This document shows, in pieces, positions 33,785 to 40,530 of a DNA stretch of 64,000 nt. The DNA comes from Minisyncoccia bacterium (lineage in GTDB: Bacteria; Patescibacteriota; Minisyncoccia; Phycocordibacterales; UBA9973), in assembly GCA_038323465.1 (NCBI GenBank), contig JBBQGX010000002.1, forward strand, positions 132 to 64,131, written 5' to 3'. The notes beneath the pieces are model-generated. The model was not told the DNA's origin. It did no database searches and worked only from the letters and a program-made list of their open reading frames with translations. How positions within the stretch are numbered: position 1 is the first letter of the stretch; every line of letters begins with the position of its first letter. Both the position numbers and the translations under genes were made by a program.

Positions 33785-35329
33785 ATGAAAAACAAAATTT
33801 TAATAATTACATTTACAATATTATCACTTTTTATTTTTAATTTTGCTTATGCAGATACTAATATTCATTTGCAGATTAAAACGACAACAGATTTATTTAA
33901 TCAAACCATTACTGTTGCTTCGTGTGATAGTGATAACGATATAGTAACTCCCGATCTGACAACTCCTTATTGTGCTATAAAGAACAAGACATCATTGCAA
34001 AATGATTGGTCTTTTGGAGAATTTGGAGCATTTTTAAATTCACTTAATAATATTTCAGGATCTACAACAAAAGATAAAGATGGCAATCCCGTCTATCACT
34101 ATTGGAGTTGGTCTTTAAATAATGAGATGGCGATGGAAGCTCTAAATGTGTATCAATTAAAAGAAAATGATTCTATCTTGTTGGAATTTATTGATCCACA
34201 AGAACCAACTCCATTGCCTGAAGTCTTGAAAGAACCCACTCATATTTCTCATTCTTCTGGTGGTTCATATGTAACGCAAGTTAAAAAAGTAGTATTTGAT
34301 GTTAATAAAGCAATTGAGTTTTTGTTATTAAATCAAAAAAAAGATGGATCCTTTGCTTCACCGATGTATACAGATTGGGTCGCTATTGCTCTTGGTGCTA
34401 TCGATAATTCAACATTAAAATCAAACATTTTAAATTATTTAAAATCCAATCCAATCCAATCATCTCTCCTTACTGATTACGAGAGACGTGCTATGGCCCT
34501 TTTGGCACTCGGTGTAAATCCTTATGATGGAACAGAAGTAAATTATATTAAAAAAATTATTGAAAGTTTTGATGGAGTACAATTTGGTGATGCGACTATG
34601 ATCAATGATGATATCTTTGCTTTGGTTGTACTGCAAAATGCTGGTTATCATATAAATGATGAAATAATTAAAAAAGATGTTACTTATATTATTTCTAAAC
34701 AAGAGAAAAATGGTGGATGGGGGAGTGTTGATATGACTTCCGCGGCGATCATGTCGATAAAGGAATTCAAAGATATCTCTGGCACCTCAGAGAGTCTCAA
34801 GAATGCAGAGAATTATTTGATTGGAGAAAAAAAATCAGATGGAGGATTTTCGAATTCTTTTTCCACTTCTTGGGTTTTGCAAAGCTTATCAGATGATAGT
34901 AGATTTATAAATGCTGAAGAATATTTAATAAAAAATCAACAAGCAGATGGAGGATTTGAAGATGTTTCATCTGATATAAATACTAGAGTTTGGGCGACGG
35001 CTTACGTTTTACCTGCTATTTTACATAAATCGTGGAATGATATTTTAGTTGATTTTCCAAAACAAGTAGAAAAAGAAAAGACTGATAAAATTATAGAAAG
35101 TATTTTTATTCCTTCATCTCTCGAAGTGGTGATAAAAAAGACTCCACGTAATAATTCTAATTTAACTATTACTAAAACTCCTGTCATAATAGAAATTATT
35201 GAAAATCAAAATCAAAATCAAAATCAAAAAGAGAATCAGAATATCTTTAAAATTAAGGAAGTTTCTAATTTTAAACGTACATGGAAAGCTATTAAATCAC
35301 CATTTGTTTGGCTTTGGTATCGGCTTTAA
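33785..35329 (+). CDS. Secreted protein: DUF4430-like domain followed by a prenyltransferase/terpene-cyclase-like alpha/alpha toroid (permuted transcobalamin-like)
   Basis: Signal peptide. HYWSWSLNNEMAMEALNVYQLKENDSILLEF is DUF4430-like. Then repeats KDGSFASP..DW, KNGGWGS, SDGGFSNS..TSW and ADGGFED typical of alpha/alpha toroids. Confidence 0.6.
   Translation: MKNKILIITFTILSLFIFNFAYADTNIHLQIKTTTDLFNQTITVASCDSDNDIVTPDLTTPYCAIKNKTSLQNDWSFGEFGAFLNSLNNISGSTTKDKDGNPVYHYWSWSLNNEMAMEALNVYQLKENDSILLEFIDPQEPTPLPEVLKEPTHISHSSGGSYVTQVKKVVFDVNKAIEFLLLNQKKDGSFASPMYTDWVAIALGAIDNSTLKSNILNYLKSNPIQSSLLTDYERRAMALLALGVNPYDGTEVNYIKKIIESFDGVQFGDATMINDDIFALVVLQNAGYHINDEIIKKDVTYIISKQEKNGGWGSVDMTSAAIMSIKEFKDISGTSESLKNAENYLIGEKKSDGGFSNSFSTSWVLQSLSDDSRFINAEEYLIKNQQADGGFEDVSSDINTRVWATAYVLPAILHKSWNDILVDFPKQVEKEKTDKIIESIFIPSSLEVVIKKTPRNNSNLTITKTPVIIEIIENQNQNQNQKENQNIFKIKEVSNFKRTWKAIKSPFVWLWYRL
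35203..35226 (+). repeat. (AAATCA)4 in-frame hexanucleotide repeat encoding NQNQNQNQ
   Basis: Four perfect tandem units inside 33785-35329. Confidence 0.9.
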
Positions 35330-35332
35330 TTC

Positions 35333-35725
35333 ATGTATAATATAAGAATGAGAACTAAATTTTTTATATTTATTATTTTAATAGTAATAGCAGTAGGAGG
35401 GCTTGGTGTTTATATGAGCAAAGAAAATGCTGGGCCTAAAAATCTGGCTCCTTTTGCTAATTGTCTTAAAAATAGTGGAGCCGAATTTTATGGGACTTTT
35501 TGGTGTCCACATTGTCAAGATCAAAAAAAATTATTTGGAATAGCAAAATCTTTATTGCCATATATAGAGTGTTCGACTCCAGATGGAACGGGACAGACCC
35601 AAGTTTGTAAAGATAAAGGGATTGAAGGTTATCCAACTTGGATATTTGCTGATGGAACACAACTTTCAGGATTGCAATCACTTCAAGTTTTAGCCGATAA
35701 AACGCAGTGTACACTTCCTAAATAA
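35333..35725 (+). CDS. Membrane-anchored thioredoxin-like protein (CPHC), VKOR-associated Trx-domain-like
   Basis: N-terminal TM helix. FYGTFWCPHCQDQKKLFG...IECS...GIEGYPTWIF. Confidence 0.7.
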   Translation: MYNIRMRTKFFIFIILIVIAVGGLGVYMSKENAGPKNLAPFANCLKNSGAEFYGTFWCPHCQDQKKLFGIAKSLLPYIECSTPDGTGQTQVCKDKGIEGYPTWIFADGTQLSGLQSLQVLADKTQCTLPK

Positions 35726-35726
35726 T

Positions 35727-36287
35727 ATGCCAGCATACGTAGAAACAATTAATAAATTATTATCTCTTGGAACAATATTCCTTCAGGTAGTTATTGTATC
35801 TATTTTGATTGGGCTTGTTTTCTTTCGAACAAGAGAAAATCCATATTTATTATTTTTCAAAAAATATACCTTTATCTTCGGTTTTCTTTCAGGATTGGGA
35901 GCATTTCTGCTTTCACTGTTTTATTCTGAAATAGTTGGATTTCCTGCATGTGAACTTTGTTGGATACAAAGAATCTTTTTATATCCACAACTGATTTTAT
36001 TTGGGATGGAATTATATAAACGAGATAGATCCATCGTTGATTTCTCTATAGTCTTTGCAAGTATCGGATCACTTGTCTCTATCTATCATGTGTATGTAGA
36101 GAATGGGGGAACTGGTGGACTCTCATGTGCAACAGGTACAAGTCTAGCCACCTCTACTGGAGCTTCTTGTTATGTTCGATATATATATGAATTTGGATAT
36201 ATTACTATGCCAATAATGGCCCTCACCCTATCACTCTTTATAATAACTATTTTGGTGAACTATAAATATATGGCGAGGGTTAAATAA
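35727..36287 (+). CDS. dsbB: Disulfide bond formation protein DsbB/BdbC family
   Basis: Four helices. CELCWIQRIFLYP matches the BdbC-type CxxCWxQR motif. A second Cys pair lies in the later loop. Confidence 0.8.
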   Translation: MPAYVETINKLLSLGTIFLQVVIVSILIGLVFFRTRENPYLLFFKKYTFIFGFLSGLGAFLLSLFYSEIVGFPACELCWIQRIFLYPQLILFGMELYKRDRSIVDFSIVFASIGSLVSIYHVYVENGGTGGLSCATGTSLATSTGASCYVRYIYEFGYITMPIMALTLSLFIITILVNYKYMARVK

Positions 36288-36320
36288 TTACTAATTACCA
36301 ATTACTGATTACTAATTAAA
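36288..36320 (+). repeat. Heptamer array TTACTAA TTACCAA TTACTGA TTACTAA TTAAA filling the dsbB-to-paralog-2 spacer
   Basis: Starts at the base after the TAA and ends at the base before the ATG at 36321. Confidence 0.8.
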
Positions 36321-38108
36321 ATGAATAATTCACCTGAAATCAGAAATTGCCAAAACTGCAAAAATGACTTCATTATTGAGCCAGATGATTTTTTGTTTTA
36401 TGAGAAACTTTCTATCTCTGCTAAATATAAAATTCCAGCCCCTACATGGTGTCCAGATTGTAGATTTCAAAGAAGATGCCTTTTTCGTAATGAAAGAAAA
36501 TTGTTTAAAAATATTGATGGTGCCACCAATAAAAATATAATTAGTTTATTCCCCAAAGAAGCAAAATTTCCAGTATATGATGATAGTTACTGGTTTAGTG
36601 ATAATTGGGACCCGTTTTCATATGGTGTAGATTTTGACAGATCAAGACCTTTTCTTTCTCAGCTATATGATTTAATACTTAAAGTTCCTCACCCTAGATC
36701 AAATTCTATAAACATGATAAGGAGTGATTATTCAGCTAATGCGGCAGATTTGAAAGACTGCTATTTGATTTTCAGTGCAACTTCAACCGAGAATTCTGCT
36801 TATGGAAATGCTGTTGATTATTGTAAAAATTGTTTTGATAACTCTCATATAAGTAATTCAGAAAAATGCTATGAGTCTTTTTGGTTAAATAAATGTTACG
36901 ATACACACTTCTCATCTTCTTGTGAAGAATGTATGTCTGTATGTCTTTCTAAAAATTGCGTTGGGTGCTTGAATTGTTTTGGTTGTGTAAATTTGAGAAA
37001 TAAATCTTATAACTTTTTTAATCAACAATTAACAAAAGAAGAATATATAGAAAAAATAAATTCTTTAGATATTTCAAAGTGGTCAAATCTAAAAAAAACA
37101 AACAAAACTGCAAAAGAATTTTGGGTTAAATTTCCAGTTAAGTGTATTCAGGGAACAAAAAACTATGACTGTTCTGGTGAATATATTTCTAATTCAAAAA
37201 ATGTTAAAAATGGTTATTTAATAAGAGGTGGAGAAAATTTAAAGTATGTTCATTACGGGCAAGTTCCAGTTCTAAGAGATAGTATGGATATGATGATTGG
37301 TGGATTAAATAGTGAATTGATTTATGAAGCTGTTACATGTGGATGGAATTCTTCACAAATTCGCTTTTGTTATGAATGCTGGGACGGAGGAATAGATTTT
37401 GAATATAGTATGTTTTGCGGAAAGAAAGCTAGTCATGTTTTTGGGGGTGTTAGTGTAAATAGTGGGGATTATGTAATTTTAAATAAAAGATATTCTAAAG
37501 AAGAATTCTATAAACTTCGTGACGAAATACGTAAGCATATGGATGAAATGCCATATATAGATGCTAATGGAAGAGTATATACATACGGTGAATTTTTTCC
37601 ACCTGAATTTTCACCATTTGCTTATAGAGACACAATAACACCAGAACATTTTCCGTTATCAAAAGAAGATATATTATCTTATGGTGCTAAGTGGTACGAA
37701 GTTCCACAAAATGAATATAATGTTTCAATAAAATCAGAAGATATACCAGATGATATTAAAGATGTAGATGATAGTATTCTTAATGAAATAATTTCTTGTG
37801 AAAAATGTAAGCGTGCTTATAAAATAATTCCAGAAGAATTGCAATTTTTAAAACAAAACAATTTACCATTACCACACTTTTGTATAAATTGTAGGCATGA
37901 TATACGTATTAACCAAAGGAACAAAAGTAAATTATATAAGAGAGAGTGTGATTGTAATGGGGATTGTTCATTAAATAATAAATACAATAATACGATTGAG
38001 CATTTCCACGGTAAAGATAAGTGTACCAATATATTTGAAACCTCATATGCACCAGATAGGCCGGAGATTATTTATTGTGAGAAGTGTTATCAACAGGAAG
38101 TAATGTAA
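36321..38108 (+). CDS. Cys-rich multi-zinc-ribbon protein, paralog 2 of 3
   Basis: Same architecture as 28068-29792. The second N-terminal CxxC pair is lost (NIDGATNKNIISLF). Confidence 0.8.
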   Translation: MNNSPEIRNCQNCKNDFIIEPDDFLFYEKLSISAKYKIPAPTWCPDCRFQRRCLFRNERKLFKNIDGATNKNIISLFPKEAKFPVYDDSYWFSDNWDPFSYGVDFDRSRPFLSQLYDLILKVPHPRSNSINMIRSDYSANAADLKDCYLIFSATSTENSAYGNAVDYCKNCFDNSHISNSEKCYESFWLNKCYDTHFSSSCEECMSVCLSKNCVGCLNCFGCVNLRNKSYNFFNQQLTKEEYIEKINSLDISKWSNLKKTNKTAKEFWVKFPVKCIQGTKNYDCSGEYISNSKNVKNGYLIRGGENLKYVHYGQVPVLRDSMDMMIGGLNSELIYEAVTCGWNSSQIRFCYECWDGGIDFEYSMFCGKKASHVFGGVSVNSGDYVILNKRYSKEEFYKLRDEIRKHMDEMPYIDANGRVYTYGEFFPPEFSPFAYRDTITPEHFPLSKEDILSYGAKWYEVPQNEYNVSIKSEDIPDDIKDVDDSILNEIISCEKCKRAYKIIPEELQFLKQNNLPLPHFCINCRHDIRINQRNKSKLYKRECDCNGDCSLNNKYNNTIEHFHGKDKCTNIFETSYAPDRPEIIYCEKCYQQEVM

Positions 38109-38136
38109 ATGTAATAAGTAATAAGTAATAAGTAAT
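38109..38136 (+). repeat. Heptamer array ATGTAAT (AAGTAAT)x3, inverse orientation of the TTACTNA arrays
   Basis: Exactly fills the 28-nt spacer between the stop at 38106-38108 and the ATG at 38137. Confidence 0.8.
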
Positions 38137-39846
38137 ATGGAATACAAATCACAAACTAAAAATTGCCAAAACTGCAAAAATGACTTCATTATTGAGCCAG
38201 AGGATTTTTCTTTTTATGAAAAGATGAAGGTTCCTCCACCTACTTTTTGCTCAGAGTGTCGGGTTATACGAAGATTTTCTCACCAGAACACCTGGAATTT
38301 ATTTTGGAGAAAATGTGATAAATGTGGTGAGAAAACTTTATCTATGTATTCTCCTGATCAAGAATTAAAAGTTTATTGTCAGCCTTGTTGGTGGAGTGAT
38401 TCTTGGGATGGTACAGAATTTGCCATGGACTATGATAAATCCAAACCATTTTTAGAACAAATAAGAGAGCTTATATCTAAAACCCCTTATGTTTCATTAA
38501 ATAACCTTTACCTACTGAATAAAAATTGTGACTATGTAAATAGCGCTGGTCAATGCAAGGATTGTTTTATGATTTTTTGGGCTGATTTTTGTGATACCGT
38601 ATATTATTCAACATTGTTAAACACTTTAAAGTATAGTTCTGATTGTATTCGGGGATATTTTTCTGAGCTTTGCTATGAATCAATAGGTTTTAGTAGATGC
38701 TATAAGACATTTTTCTCTGAAGAGTGTGATGATTGTATAGATGTTTGGTTTTCTAAGAATTGTTATAACTGCACTAACTGTATTGGTTGTGTGAACATGC
38801 GAGGTGAATCAAATTGTATTTTTAATATAAAATATACAAAAGAGGAATATTTAGAAAGAGTTCAAGAATTGAATTTAGGCTCATGGAAAAGTTTAAATGA
38901 ATTAAAGGTAAAAGTAAAAGAATTTTGGTTTTCAAAACCAGTTCGAGATTTTCATACTCATTCATTAAGTGTGAATGTGTCAGGGGACTATGTGTATGAG
39001 TCAAAAAATTCAAAAGAAATGTATATTAGTAATGGAGCTGAAGATTGTAAATATTGTCAGTTTATAACAGTTGAGTCAGCTCGAGATTGTTTTGATTATT
39101 CAGGGTGGGGAGATAATGCAAATCAGATTTATGAAGGAATAACAATTGGAAATAATTCTAGTTTGGTACTTTTTTCTTTTGAATGTTGGCCAGATAGTTT
39201 AGATTTAGAATATTGTTATTGGAATATCTCTGGTAAGAATAATCTAGGGTGTGTTAATTTAAAAAGAAAACAATATTGTATTTTAAATAAAAAATATAAA
39301 AAAGAAGAATATGAAAAATTAAAATCAGAAATTATTGAAGACATGAAAATTAATCCTTATGTAGACAAAGCAGGGAATAAATATTTTTATGGGGAATTTT
39401 TTCCAACAGAATTTTCTTGTTTTCCATACAATAAGTCAAATGCAATGAGGTTTTTTAAAAAAGAAAAAACAGAAGCAATTAATATGGGATGTGCTTGGTC
39501 AGATACAGAAAATCAAAACCACCAAACAACCATAGAATCTTTCAATCTGCCTGATAAAATAATTGAAACAAATGATTCTATACTAAAAGAGATAATTAGT
39601 TGTTCAAAATGTAAACGTGCTTATAAGATAGCAGAAGGAGAACTTGGTCTTTTAAAAAAAATGGGATTACCGATTCCTCATGAATGTCCAAAATGCCGTG
39701 AGAATGAAAGATTCTTAAAATTAGATCCCATAAAACTATACAATAGGAATTGTAATAAGTGCAGTAAAGAAATAAATACACCATATGGACCAAACAGACC
39801 AGAGATAATATATTGTGAGAAATGTTATCAGCAGGAATTTATTTAA
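38137..39846 (+). CDS. Cys-rich multi-zinc-ribbon protein, paralog 3 of 3
   Basis: Same architecture. Positions 38160-38201 are identical over 42 nt to 36344-36385 in paralog 2. Confidence 0.8.
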   Translation: MEYKSQTKNCQNCKNDFIIEPEDFSFYEKMKVPPPTFCSECRVIRRFSHQNTWNLFWRKCDKCGEKTLSMYSPDQELKVYCQPCWWSDSWDGTEFAMDYDKSKPFLEQIRELISKTPYVSLNNLYLLNKNCDYVNSAGQCKDCFMIFWADFCDTVYYSTLLNTLKYSSDCIRGYFSELCYESIGFSRCYKTFFSEECDDCIDVWFSKNCYNCTNCIGCVNMRGESNCIFNIKYTKEEYLERVQELNLGSWKSLNELKVKVKEFWFSKPVRDFHTHSLSVNVSGDYVYESKNSKEMYISNGAEDCKYCQFITVESARDCFDYSGWGDNANQIYEGITIGNNSSLVLFSFECWPDSLDLEYCYWNISGKNNLGCVNLKRKQYCILNKKYKKEEYEKLKSEIIEDMKINPYVDKAGNKYFYGEFFPTEFSCFPYNKSNAMRFFKKEKTEAINMGCAWSDTENQNHQTTIESFNLPDKIIETNDSILKEIISCSKCKRAYKIAEGELGLLKKMGLPIPHECPKCRENERFLKLDPIKLYNRNCNKCSKEINTPYGPNRPEIIYCEKCYQQEFI

Positions 39847-39909
39847 AAATGCCTGCCCCGTAGGAAGTATTCTTTCCTTCTGGGTTATCAACAGGAATTT
39901 ATATAAATA
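39824..39909 (+). repeat. Direct duplication of the gene 3' end (60-nt offset) flanking a ~41-nt insert
   Basis: gttatcagcaggaatttat (39824-39842) versus gttatcaacaggaatttat (39884-39902), 18/19 identical. Both copies run into a TAA stop. Confidence 0.7.
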
Positions 39910-39976
39910 TAATAGGTAATAGATAGTAAGTAGTAAGAAAAAGTCGGGATTATTATTAATAAAATTTTTTTATAAT

Positions 39977-40402
39977 ATGCTTTACGAAAAAATAGAAAAA
40001 GATGAAAAGGATATTGTTTTTGTTTATACCACTTTTCGCGATGAGGTGGGAGCGAGGTCAGTAGGGTATTTGGCTATTGAAGATAAGCTTGCTATCTCTG
40101 CGGATTACTGGTTGATCAATTCTATATATCCATGGCAAGGAGTTGTCCAAGAAGCAGGGCAGTGTATGCTCATGTTTACAACGGAAAAATTGTTAAGCGA
40201 AGAGTTGGTGAAGTTTATTGAATCAAATCATCCTTACAATGTACCGATGGTGATAAGGAGTAATACTTCACTTGTAAATCAAGCCTATAAACTTTGGGTT
40301 GACAATACACTTGAGTCAGATAAAAAATATATAACAGAAGAAGAAAATGAATTGAATATAGAAAAAGCAAGTGAAGGGTATGGGTATGGGAGACTTAAAT
40401 AA
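39977..40402 (+). CDS. cutA: CutA1-like divalent-cation tolerance protein with C-terminal extension
   Basis: VFVYTTF...KLAISADYWLINSIYPWQGVVQEAGQCMLMFTT...SNHPYNVPMVI matches the CutA pattern (S-x-Y-x-W-x-G...HPY-x-x-P). Confidence 0.7.
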   Translation: MLYEKIEKDEKDIVFVYTTFRDEVGARSVGYLAIEDKLAISADYWLINSIYPWQGVVQEAGQCMLMFTTEKLLSEELVKFIESNHPYNVPMVIRSNTSLVNQAYKLWVDNTLESDKKYITEEENELNIEKASEGYGYGRLK

Positions 40403-40437
40403 TTACCAATTACCAATTACTAATTAACAATTAATAA
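40403..40437 (+). repeat. Heptamer array TTACCAA TTACCAA TTACTAA TTAACAA TTAATAA
   Basis: Begins at the base after the cutA-like stop codon. Confidence 0.8.
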
Positions 40438-40440
40438 TGT

Positions 40441-40472
40441 AAAATGCCTCGGCTTTGCCGAGGCATTTTAGT
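40441..40472 (+). terminator. Rho-independent terminator
   Basis: aaaatgcctcgg-ctttg-ccgaggcatttt, a 12-bp perfect stem whose right arm ends in a T run. Confidence 0.8.
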
Positions 40473-40493
40473 TATTAGTAATTACTATATTGC

Positions 40494-40522
40494 TTCACTC
40501 TTCTTTAAATAGATAGTATAAT
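40494..40522 (+). promoter_or_regulatory. Candidate promoter TTCACT-17-TATAAT, 8 nt before the pilB ATG
   Basis: Hexamers at 40494-40499 and 40517-40522. Confidence 0.45.
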
Positions 40523-40530
40523 AAAAGTAT

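Noticed and set aside
39824-39909. Diversity-generating retroelement VR/TR pair, because a gene 3' end is repeated downstream with base changes
   Set aside because: The repeat is only ~19-27 nt. One of the three differences is not at a template adenine. No reverse transcriptase or accessory gene is present in the window.
36288-40437. Heptamer arrays and other tandem repeats as a CRISPR array
   Set aside because: Units are 7 nt with no spacers. The arrays are at most ~57 nt long. No cas genes or repeat-spacer architecture are present.
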